Of a DNA stretch of 64,000 bases, positions 55,370 through 64,000 are shown piece after piece (position 1 is the stretch's first letter; each line of letters begins with the position of its first letter). The stretch spans positions 224,001-288,000 of the forward strand of contig CAWBHS010000057.1 of the NCBI GenBank assembly GCA_963788655.1, given 5' to 3'. The stretch is from an uncultured Verrucomicrobiae bacterium (GTDB lineage Bacteria; Verrucomicrobiota; Verrucomicrobiia; Limisphaerales; JAFGQR01). Below the pieces are notes generated by a model. That model searched no databases. It was given only the letters and a program-made list of their open reading frames with translations, and had not been told where the DNA came from. The translations under genes were made by a program, and so were the position numbers.

Positions 55370-57391
55370 TCACTCCGTCCGCCGCACGAACGCATCGACT
55401 GCACCGGCGGCGGTGTAGATCGCAGCAGTTTTTTCAAGCGCGGCATTCGGCGGCGCAACGATGGTGAGCGAATCTGGCGCGAGCATGCCCAATACGTCTG
55501 GCACGTCGCACACCCGCAACACGTTCAAGAATTGCGGGGCCGCATTGTCGGCGTGCGTCAGGGGCGGATCGCGCAGGATGAGGGCGTTGATCTCCGGTTC
55601 CCACAGCGCGGCATAAGCCGCCAACACCGCCGCCTGGCCTTCGCCGACGAGCACCACCGGCAACTTCCCTTCATACCGCTTCCGCAGGTAACGCGCGGTG
55701 GCGATAATGTCCCGCACGCGGCCCGTGTCCACTGTCTGCCCCAAGAGCACTTGACTGCGCTCGACGTAATTGGGCGGATTCTTTTGTGTCCACCGGGTGG
55801 CTCCGATTCCGCGCGGTTCACAATAACAAAGGACATCTTTGGGGTCGCTTAGACTACGCATGAACTCCAGGGGTGGCTTGCCCGATTCCGCATCGGCAAT
55901 GCCGAGCAAGATGCGTCCCGTCGGTGAGGCGGCCCTCGTGACTTCAACCCATCGCACGCGGATGCCCGGCTCCGTCTCCAATTGTGGGCCATCCGAAGAC
56001 TCCGGCTGCCGCAATTGAGCCGCGGGAATGCGCTCGGGAAAACTGCGGAACGTCACTCGACGCAATTCGGCCATGAGCTTGGCCTTCCATTCCGGAAGTT
56101 GTTCGGAGGTGGGCACGGCAACCTCTGCCACGGGAACGAAGTGTTCATCGATGGTGGTGTTTAACTCATCTTTTGGGATGTCGTTGTCTTCGGGAAAGAC
56201 GCGCAGTTTGTCAATCGGGATGGGATAAGTGCGGTTATCCCGCTCGCCCGTGATCAGGTCCACTTCGCTGTCTGCAATTACTCGCGGATCATTCTTGAGA
56301 TGCGTGTTGATGAATCGATAAGCCGCCTGCCGGATGTCCTGCCGGTAAGCATGGCCGCCGATGCTCACAACGGCGTCAACAAAATCGCTTCGCCCATACA
56401 AACTGTAAATGCGCTCCAGCCGGTTGATGACGCGCTCATTGGCGTCCATCGGGAAGATTTGGTCGTGGTCGCTGTTCACGAACAACAGCGCCCGCGGCGC
56501 AATCAGGGCGGTGAGGCGTGTCCAGGGCCATTGAAAGGTGTTGTAGAGAAACATGCAATCGCAGTGGCCATTGATCACGCGGTTGTTCACGTACGATGGC
56601 AAGTCGGCCATGCCGCTGACCGGCACCGCCACCTTCACGCGTTCATCGGCGGCGGCGATCCAATGGGTGGCCGCACCGCCACCACTGATGCCGGTCACCG
56701 CGATCCGTTCCGGGTCCACGTCCGGCCGGCTGACAAGGTAGTCGATGCCCCGGATGCCGTTCCAGCATTCGACGCCGGCGGGCGTGTAACCGCGCGAGTG
56801 CCACCACCAACGATTCTCGCGATACGTGCCATGATGGATCGCGGCAATCTCCCCGAGTTGGAGGGAATCCACCACCAGGCAAACATACCCGTGCCGGGCG
56901 AACCAGATTCCGTGCGACTGGTAAGCGGTCTTGTTGCCGGCCCGTCCTTGATACGAATGCCCGCACACATAAAACACCGCCGGCAAGCGTTCGCCAGGCT
57001 TGATTGATGCGGGGCGATACAAATTGCCGGTGACGTACAACCGGGGCCGGCTTTGATAATGGATCAGGTCCACCATATAGCCGTCGCCTGGGTGCGTGCC
57101 AGTGATGGTGGCCTTTAACGGCGTCCGCTCCAGGATCGGCCACAGGCCCAGCATGTAAAGGTACTGCTCACGATACGTGGGCAGATGCGCCTGCCAATCT
57201 TCCAGGGACTTCAAATCATTGGTGAAGGAATCGTGGATTCGATTTGCCTCGGCCGCCAGATACGCCTGGATCATTTCGTCGCCCGGCTGACCGCGATCCG
57301 GCGGGCTGTATTCCTGGGCGTGGCTGGCGCCGGGTCCGATTTGAAGAATGAGAAGGAAAACAATCCCGAGGAGTAAGCGGTGCATCGTCAT
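55370..57391 (-). CDS. Secreted alpha/beta-hydrolase (acetylxylan esterase/dienelactone hydrolase-like)
   Basis: Signal peptide; VTGNLYRP, YVCGH, IDYLVSRPDVDPERIAVTGISGGG nucleophile elbow, GHCDC, LIAPR; second degenerate hydrolase domain. Confidence 0.85.
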   Translation of the reverse strand: MTMHRLLLGIVFLLILQIGPGASHAQEYSPPDRGQPGDEMIQAYLAAEANRIHDSFTNDLKSLEDWQAHLPTYREQYLYMLGLWPILERTPLKATITGTHPGDGYMVDLIHYQSRPRLYVTGNLYRPASIKPGERLPAVFYVCGHSYQGRAGNKTAYQSHGIWFARHGYVCLVVDSLQLGEIAAIHHGTYRENRWWWHSRGYTPAGVECWNGIRGIDYLVSRPDVDPERIAVTGISGGGAATHWIAAADERVKVAVPVSGMADLPSYVNNRVINGHCDCMFLYNTFQWPWTRLTALIAPRALLFVNSDHDQIFPMDANERVINRLERIYSLYGRSDFVDAVVSIGGHAYRQDIRQAAYRFINTHLKNDPRVIADSEVDLITGERDNRTYPIPIDKLRVFPEDNDIPKDELNTTIDEHFVPVAEVAVPTSEQLPEWKAKLMAELRRVTFRSFPERIPAAQLRQPESSDGPQLETEPGIRVRWVEVTRAASPTGRILLGIADAESGKPPLEFMRSLSDPKDVLCYCEPRGIGATRWTQKNPPNYVERSQVLLGQTVDTGRVRDIIATARYLRKRYEGKLPVVLVGEGQAAVLAAYAALWEPEINALILRDPPLTHADNAAPQFLNVLRVCDVPDVLGMLAPDSLTIVAPPNAALEKTAAIYTAAGAVDAFVRRTE

Positions 57392-57615
57392 GGCGTATTG
57401 GTGCGCCTCTGCCGAGCTGGCTGTCAAGGCGCTTGTAAGGCGTTTTCGGACGGAAAGTATCCCCCAGATCAATGCTAGCTCTTTGTATATTTTTGCACGA
57501 CGCAAGGCAAACGAAAGCGGGAGCAAGCTCCACGCACTCCAAACGCTGGCGCGACTTTTGGGCGCCAGACATTTCAAAGCACTTGGAGCAGCCGTAGCGT
57601 GGTTGGGGGCGACGT

Positions 57616-57812
57616 TTCCCCTCACCCTGACCCTCTCCCCAAGGAGAGGGAAGAGCGATCGACCCCGCCTTGATCTTTGGGCGCGTCATAACCGGCGCCG
57701 CCTGCATCGGAGTACGCGCATCGGCAATGAAGCTCCAAAGAATGCACGCACTCTCAGGTGGGCGGCGAACGTGCTCCCTCTCCTTTGTGGATAGGGCTGG
57801 GGTGAGGGGGAA
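57616..57812. repeat. REP/MITE-like doublet (same family as 45889-46087), flanked by other REP-like relics (57514-57547, 57928-57950)
   Basis: TTCCCCTCACCCTGACCCTCTCCCCAAGGAGAGGGAA and inverted TCCCTCTCCTTTGTGGATAGGGCTGGGGTGAGGGGGAA. Confidence 0.8.
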
Positions 57813-57978
57813 GTTGGCGTCCGCAATTCGATAACGCAACGATTCGCACCGGTACCGGCAAACCGGCTCTGGCTTTGAGTCGTTCGTTGATTCATGCTTT
57901 TGGCTTTGCCAGAGGGTGCTGACGCGGAACAGCCGGGACGGCTGTCCTACCGGGTTGCCGCACCAACAGTTCTCCAAA

Positions 57979-60596
57979 TCACGGCGTCGCGCCGTTCTTC
58001 GCGGCCTGCCACGGCGTGGCTGGTTCCGCCGCTTCGTCCCCGCCGACCACGCAGCACTGCAAACCGCCGCCCTGGCCGGTGTAAAAGAGCCGTCCATTCG
58101 ACGGGATAGCCCCCACGCACTCGCTCGGGTCGAGGGCCGGTCCGGTGGAAATCAATTGATTGTCCGCCGACAAATCGCGCACGTCGAGATTGCTGCCGAG
58201 CAAATAGGATCCCGAAAGCGTGAAGCGCGTGCATTTGTAGCCATTAGTGTAGGTGCAGAGGATTTTGCCCGTGTCCGGCGCGAGCAAGTAGCTCTGTTGG
58301 TATTGGACGTGGGCGTACAGGAACTTGTCGCCAATCGCCACGTCGTGAATGGCCATGGCGAGCGGATCGGACTTCCAAATCAGCGAACCGTCTCGCGCCT
58401 CCAGGCACCAGACAAACCGGTCCTCGGTGCCGGGACGCGGCCGATTGTAGCCGCCCAGGTACAACCGACCGTCGCGGCCGGAAATCGTGCAGCCGCCGTG
58501 AACAGAGTAGTTGGTGGTGAGCCAGATGGTGCGGCCGGTCTTTGGTTCCAACGCTGCGGTCAGACCCGTCGGGCCAGGTCGGTCGCCGCGTTGCGCCAGG
58601 TAGCCGAAGAAGCACGAGTAGTAGAGCGTGTTGTTCATCAGGCACAAGCCCGCTTCATCGCCGCCGTTACCGAACTCAGAGAAGTCGCGCGTCCAAACCT
58701 CCTTGCCGGTTTGCAGATCCCACGCTTTGACAAGCGGCTTTTGGTCGGAGGGAAAACGCCGCACGTCCTGATGCTCAAATAACCAAGCGGGACGACCTTG
58801 CGTTGCGCCCGCTCCGTATTTACCGGTGCTGAACATGTAGAAGACCAGCCCGTCACGGACCAGCGGCGGCAACTGGCGGTTCCAACTCGGCGAACCGCCA
58901 AACGGCACTTCCCACAGCAGCTTGCCGGTCGCGGCATCCAGGCAACGCAAATGGCACGAGTCCAACCCGGCTTGCGGCACCAGCACCTTCTCCTGGTAAT
59001 ACAGGGGGCTGGTGTAAGAGACGTGGACGCCCGGCCAGTAGCGCCGCCAGAGCAACCGGCCCGTTTCCTGTTCAACGGCGAAGATTTGGCCTTCGGCAGT
59101 GTGCGTGTAGAGCCGGCCGCTGCCGCACGTCGAGAATTGTTTGATCGTGCCTTCGAAACGGCGAATCCACTTTAGCGCGAATGGCGGCTTAAGGTCTTGC
59201 GGATGGTTGTCAGTGTTGGCCCAGTTGCCGAAGCTCGTGAACCAATCGTCCTTTGGCTCCGGCAACTTGCTGGTCAACGGACTGCGCACTTTCCACAACG
59301 CCAGCTCCTTGGTTGGCAACGGCGCGCTTGCCATTCGGTCCCAGCGCGTAAAAGTAACCGTCTTCGGCGCCGAAATAGATGCGAGCCATCGCAGACTGCC
59401 GGCGATGCGGTGATGGCTTTGCCGAATGCCGTGCGGAAGGACCAACCCTTGTCGCCGGACAGCGGGACCACATACAAGCTACCGTCCAATCCGCCATATA
59501 CTGCGGCGTCGCGCAGCAGGATCGGCGAGCAGGTTGAGGGATAGCCGTCCAGCGGCTGGGCAGGGGCGCTGCCACTGTGTTTGCACAAGCCAAAGCCCGC
59601 CTCGGGGCGGCACCGATACACGTCATTACCGCGCAGGCTGACGGACGAGAAACTCACCGCGCCGCGCGTGGTTGGTCCCGTCTGCGTGCCAGGCACGTAA
59701 CGTTTCTCGATCTTCCCGTCGTGCAAACGATAGACCTCGACGCGTCCGCCATTGTCGAGCCGGTGCCATTGCCGATACACCGCGCCATCCTCGCCCAGGC
59801 TCAGGCCAAACGTGGAATCGTATCCGGGCACTTGGCCGACCATTTCCGCTTGCGCGCCGGCGTCCCTCAGCCAAATCACCTGGCCGCCAGCCGGCACCAC
59901 AATCGTCCGTCCCTGCGCCGCCAGGTCACGCACACAGCAGAATTGCTGCGTGGTGCGGACCCGTTTGCCCAGATACTTCGCCCACTCGACGCCGCTCCAA
60001 CGGTTGCCGGGGAACTTCAGCACTTCGCGCACGAAATCCCAGGTCCAACACGTCGTGCCATTCGGCTGCAAGGCATACACCCGCGAACCAAGCGTGGCAA
60101 AATACACGCGGCCGTTGACCACCACGGGCGAACTGAAGATCGGTTCGCCGCACGCGATCTCTCGCACCACCATGCCCGACTGGGCCTCGAGCACATAATA
60201 GGAGCCGGCCATGGTGCCGAAGTGCAAATAACCGTCGGCGAGAGCCGGGGACGACACGTTGTTGCAGTTGGCCTGGCCGCTGCGGCTTTCGAACTTCCAA
60301 ACGACGGTCAACGTATCCGCGTCCAGACAGAACGCGACGCCAGAACCATCCACCACATAGACGCGGCCATCGGCCACCACCGGCGACGTGAAGATGGCGT
60401 CCGTGAGCGGCACGGCGGCAGCGAGTTTCAGCGGCGTGGTGACACTCCGTTCCGGGACATTGCCGGAGCGGCGGCTGTCGTGCTTGGCTTGCAACCAATT
60501 CTCGGCCCGTCCCTCAACGACAGTGCTCCATAATCCGACAATGCCCAACAAAACGGCGAGTTGCCACTTGGTGAATTGAAATGTCGTTTTCATCAT
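57979..60596 (-). CDS. Large secreted PQQ-binding-like tandem beta-propeller protein; frameshifts at ~59385 and ~59325
   Basis: Joins 59274..60596, 59210..59626 and 57979..59445. Repeated SPVVADGRVY / SSPALADG / LDAATGKLLWE motifs; signal peptide. Confidence 0.8.
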
Positions 60597-60655
60597 TGTG
60601 CCCTTCTCTAAACGGATTTGACATTTGCGTCCAGCGTGAATGAATGGAGCCCGTT

Positions 60656-62176
60656 ATGAACCGACGCAAATTCCTCGAACGGGCCGGGGCTTCGGCCGCC
60701 GCCATCACCCTTATTCCCCGCCACGTGCTCGGCGGTGCCAACCAGGTCGCTCCCAGCGAGAAAATCACAATGGCCTACATCGGCTGCGGCACGCAGGGCT
60801 TGCGCGAGCTGCTGCCCATACTCGGCATGCCCGAGGTGCAAGTGGTCGCCGTTTGCGATCCCAATCGCGACAGCACCGATTACGTTGATTGGTCCAAGAA
60901 CGGCATCCGCGACGCCATCCGCAATACCTTGGGCAACTCCAATTGGCGTGCCGGGTTGGATGGAATTCCAGGCGGACGCGAAGTGGCGAAAGAAGTGACC
61001 GAAAGCTATTACGCGAAAAAGCGGCCCAACGACCAGTTCAAAGGGTGCGCATCCTACGAGGACTTTCGCGAGTTGCTGGCAAAGGAAAAAGACGTGGACG
61101 CGGTGAAGATCATGACGCCGGACCATCTGCACGCAACGATCGCGATTGCAGCCATGAATCGGGGCAAACACACCATGGTCCACAAGCCGCTGGCCAATCG
61201 CGTTCACGAAGCCCGGTTGGTGATCGAGACGGCGCGCCGGACGAAAGTGGCCACGCACTTCCTGCCGGCCAGCGCGGGAGAAAACGTGCGCATGGTAGCC
61301 GGGTGGATTCGCGATGGCGCCATTGGCACGCTGCGCGAAATTCACAACTGGTCGAACCGTCCGGTCTGGCCGCAATACCCGACCATTCCCACCGACACGC
61401 CGCCGGTGCCGAAAGGATTCGACTGGGACTTGTGGCTCGGCCCTTCGCTCCCGCGTCCATATCACCCGCATTACACGCATGCCGTGTTTCGCGGCTGGTA
61501 CGAGTTTGGCGGCGGTTCCATTGCGGACATGGGCCATTACAGCCTGTGGCCGGTCTTTCAGGAATTCGATTTGGATGCTCCCGTCGTCGTGGAATCAAAC
61601 CCCAGTCACGTCTGCACCATCACGAATCAAGTCAGCCACCAGATTCACAACGATTATTCGTTTCCGTACGCCGGCACCATCCGGTTCAAGTTCGCGGCCA
61701 AAGGCGACCGGCCCGCGCTTGATCTGCTCTGGTACGATGGCGGCATCAAACCGGCAACGCCCGAAGAACTGGAAGAAGATCGCGGCGAACTCGAAGCCGA
61801 AGGCATGCTGTTCGTCGGCGACAAGGGCAAGATTCTGGCGCGGTTCCGATGTGAGAACCCGCGCATCATTCCCGAGCGCAAAGCGCGGGCTTTCCGGGAG
61901 TCCAAAGGCGGGGCGGCGTCCGCGCCGGCAGAGCGCAACCGCAGCCGGGGCGGGCGCAGTTCGTCGTGGGTAGAAGCGTTCAAAGGGGGCAAACCGACTT
62001 ACGGCGACTTCCTGTTGGCCGGCCCCATTTCCGAAGCCTTCAACCTCGGCGCCATTTCGTTGCGCCTGGGTGGAAAACGCCTCGTATGGGACGCCGCCAA
62101 CATGAAAGTCACCAATGTCCCCGAAGCCAACCGCTATCTGAAGCGCGAGTATCGTAAAGGATGGGAATTGGGCTAG
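60656..62176 (+). CDS. Tat-exported Gfo/Idh/MocA oxidoreductase
   Basis: MNRRKFL Tat motif, IGCGTQG, DFRELL..KDVDAVKIMTPDHLHA, HKPL, DWDLWLGP, FGGGSIADMG, YLKREYRKGW. Confidence 0.92.
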   Translation: MNRRKFLERAGASAAAITLIPRHVLGGANQVAPSEKITMAYIGCGTQGLRELLPILGMPEVQVVAVCDPNRDSTDYVDWSKNGIRDAIRNTLGNSNWRAGLDGIPGGREVAKEVTESYYAKKRPNDQFKGCASYEDFRELLAKEKDVDAVKIMTPDHLHATIAIAAMNRGKHTMVHKPLANRVHEARLVIETARRTKVATHFLPASAGENVRMVAGWIRDGAIGTLREIHNWSNRPVWPQYPTIPTDTPPVPKGFDWDLWLGPSLPRPYHPHYTHAVFRGWYEFGGGSIADMGHYSLWPVFQEFDLDAPVVVESNPSHVCTITNQVSHQIHNDYSFPYAGTIRFKFAAKGDRPALDLLWYDGGIKPATPEELEEDRGELEAEGMLFVGDKGKILARFRCENPRIIPERKARAFRESKGGAASAPAERNRSRGGRSSSWVEAFKGGKPTYGDFLLAGPISEAFNLGAISLRLGGKRLVWDAANMKVTNVPEANRYLKREYRKGWELG

Positions 62177-62308
62177 GCGCCCCTGAGGATGCGTTAGATC
62201 CGTGCTGAAATTTTTGCCCGTTCGAGCCTGACTGGCAGCGCTTGGTTATTTTGCATGGGAGAAAGCGGTCACACAACCCAGCTCGATCTCAAATCCCCTT
62301 GATTTTTA

Positions 62309-62337
62309 TGGTGCGCATAGCAGGACTTGAACCTGCA
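62309..62337 (-). mobile_element. tRNA 3'-end fragment (T-arm + acceptor + CCA, Leu-like) = att site of an integrative element extending rightward
   Basis: Minus strand TGCAGG-TTCAAGT-CCTGC-TATGCGC-A-CCA with a perfect T stem. No D or anticodon arm upstream; abrupt AT-rich flank. Confidence 0.75.
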
Positions 62338-62463
62338 AATCGACCTTTTCATTGTTGCCGGTTAATGGTGTTTCGTTGCTTCTCATTACACATAGATACA
62401 TTATGAATACCTTTATTTTCAAGCCTTTTATTGCATTTGTGGGTAATAACGCGCAGAAGAACG

Positions 62464-62549
62464 TGTGCAAATTCTGTACAACTCCGCTTGATGTGCAAAT
62501 GTTGTGCAAAACAAAACTCGCGGATAAATCTGTGCAAACCGTGTGCAAA
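62464..62549 (+). repeat. Three pairs of TGTGCAAA direct repeats (11-bp spacing), integrase arm-type site-like
   Basis: Copies at 62464/62475 (variant TGTACAAC), 62492/62503 and 62531/62542. Confidence 0.7.
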
Positions 62550-63190
62550 CTTTGAAGTGAGAATTCGCCCCCCCAGCGGAAGCCTCACACAGGCTTCATG
62601 GCGTCGCGTGGATAGGGCGGCATGGCATCGACAACCCTCTTGGCCCGGATGCCCCACCCGCAGCATCCAAGGTCACAGCAGCCCGCCAGCAAGCAAGGCT
62701 GCGGGTGCCTTGGTGAGTGGTGCCTTGGTCGCCGGGCGAGGACGGATGAATGGGTGCCGTCATCCGAGTGGCACTCGACCATCACGACGCTGACCTTTCC
62801 GCCTGCCGGTCGTGGTGCCAGGTCGGGTCCGGGGCGAGCCCAGGTGCCAGGTGCCGTCTGCCCGACGCTATGCCAAACGTCCGGGGGCGGGGGGCATCAC
62901 GCACTGCGAACTCGCCGAGCACGCTCTCACCGCCGTTCTTTGCGTCGGCGTAAGGAATCTCTTTTTTCGCAGAGGGGTGCGAGTCGAAGGGGGGGGTAGG
63001 CGGGCTTTCGGGGGCCGGGTCGAACGAATAGGGGGCTGCTTTACCAAAGTTGGTTTTGGGAACTTTGGGCGGCTACTGTGCGCTACCAGGCGTTGCAACG
63101 GCACGGTCCAGATCGCACCGTCGAAGAAGAACAAGCGATTGGATTCGGTTTGCGGTTTCAACGATTTGCAATAGCATCCCGCCAAAGTTC

Positions 63191-63424
63191 ATGATCTGGA
63201 TCGCCCCATCCGAAAAGGACGCTGACACCGCCGCGCTGGAAAAACGTCTCTGGGACAGCGCCGATCAGTTCCGCGCCAACTCCGGGCTGAAGCCCCAGGA
63301 ATATTCCGCGCCCGTCCTCGGCCTCATCTGCCTCCGCTTGGAGCGGGAGATAGACGAGTTGGTGTATGCGCTCTACGGCCTGACCCCGGAAGAAAAAGCC
63401 CTTGTCCAAGCCGCCGCCAAATGA
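63191..63424 (+). pseudogene. 77-aa restriction-modification remnant: HsdM N-terminus fused to a type IIG/Eco57I-like C-terminus
   Basis: [34 protein letters not shown] (HsdM_N) joined to [23 protein letters not shown]. Confidence 0.7.
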
Positions 63425-63732
63425 AAACGCTTCAAGATTGTTTCGGCCATCAAGTCCGGCTCACGGATGAGCGGCTGGCGCACATTCTGGAACATTCCGA
63501 AATGAAGGGGATGGGCGCGGAGATTGAGCGCGTGTAGCGCCAGCCCCAGTTGGTGCGGCGCTCGCGGTCGGATGAGGCGGTGCGGTTGTTCTACGAATTT
63601 TACGCGCAGACGGTTGTGGGTGGCAAATGGCTGTGCGTTGTGGTTAAATATGTGGAGAACGATGCGTTTGTGGTCACGGCCTACCTGACCGACAAACCGA
63701 AAGCCGGAGACGATTTATGGCCGAAAAAGTAA
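63421..63732 (+). pseudogene. RelE/BECR-fold toxin-like gene with in-frame TAG at 63535
   Basis: ATG overlaps the upstream stop (ATGA). [28 protein letters not shown]...IERV*RQPQLVRRSRSDEAVRLFY...KWLCVVVK...FVVTAY. Overlaps the downstream DUF2283-like gene. Confidence 0.65.
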
Positions 63733-63926
63733 AAGTCTGGTTCGATGCCGAAGCCGATTACCTTGAAGTGAGGTTCTCGGAGGCTGCCGGCTACGAAAAG
63801 GAAACCCGCCACGATGCCGTAATGGAGCGCGTGGATGCCAAAGGTAACGTCATCGGCTTCAGCATTCTGGGTGTGAGCCGCTTCAAAAAGGACAAGCCTC
63901 TGGAGGCGGACCTCGCCCCGGTTTGA
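63717..63926 (+). CDS. DUF2283-like small antitoxin
   Basis: VKVWFDAEADYLEVRF...RVDAKGNVIGFSIL matches the YDxExDxLYI / D..G.VIGxEI pattern. Confidence 0.8.
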   Translation: MAEKVKVWFDAEADYLEVRFSEAAGYEKETRHDAVMERVDAKGNVIGFSILGVSRFKKDKPLEADLAPV

Positions 63927-64000
63927 CTTTCCTTCCCGCCGCCCCGCCGGAAAAGCAAAAGGCGGTGGAGCGGTTGGTTAACCGCATCCTCGCGGCGAAG

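Noticed and set aside
62309..62390. Complete tRNA gene
   Set aside because: Only the T-arm and 3' acceptor strand are present; there is no D arm, anticodon arm or complementary 5' strand.
62560..63180. Short ORFs or a phage packaging site inside the island edge
   Set aside because: No recognisable protein motifs and no terminase nearby; cannot be supported.

Overview
GC-rich bacterial window, most likely Verrucomicrobiota (Pedosphaera/Limisphaera-like), inferred from a VPDSG-CTERM protein, Ig-rich giant proteins with RFYR-type tails and the PQQ-propeller/Gfo gene content. About two dozen small indels break genes, including cysS inside its KMSKS motif, so most split ORFs are read as long-read errors and rejoined. 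The left 38 kb is one minus-strand cluster that runs off the left edge. It starts with an alginate-type synthase cassette: alg8-like GT2, a PilZ-less HlyD membrane-fusion protein, algD and an algG-like DPHD epimerase. Four very large secreted modular proteins follow: a ~5,460-aa PL6 lyase/Ig/BACON/cohesin protein, a ~3,300-aa PA14/LTD/CotH-kinase protein with dockerin plus cohesin, a 13x BACON protein and a partial cohesin-BACON protein. This is the candidate novel system: exopolysaccharide synthesis linked to a cohesin-dockerin surface scaffold. The middle holds a threonine/serine catabolic region (XRE-cupin regulator, tdh, two putative proteases, kbl, sdaA), a 54-aa minimal VPDSG-CTERM gene, a glycoside hydrolase, cysS, an esterase, PQQ-type propellers, a Gfo/Idh/MocA oxidoreductase and many REP-like repeats. 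At ~62.3 kb a tRNA 3' fragment with integrase arm-type repeats marks the edge of an integrative element carrying a restriction-modification remnant and a toxin-antitoxin pair.
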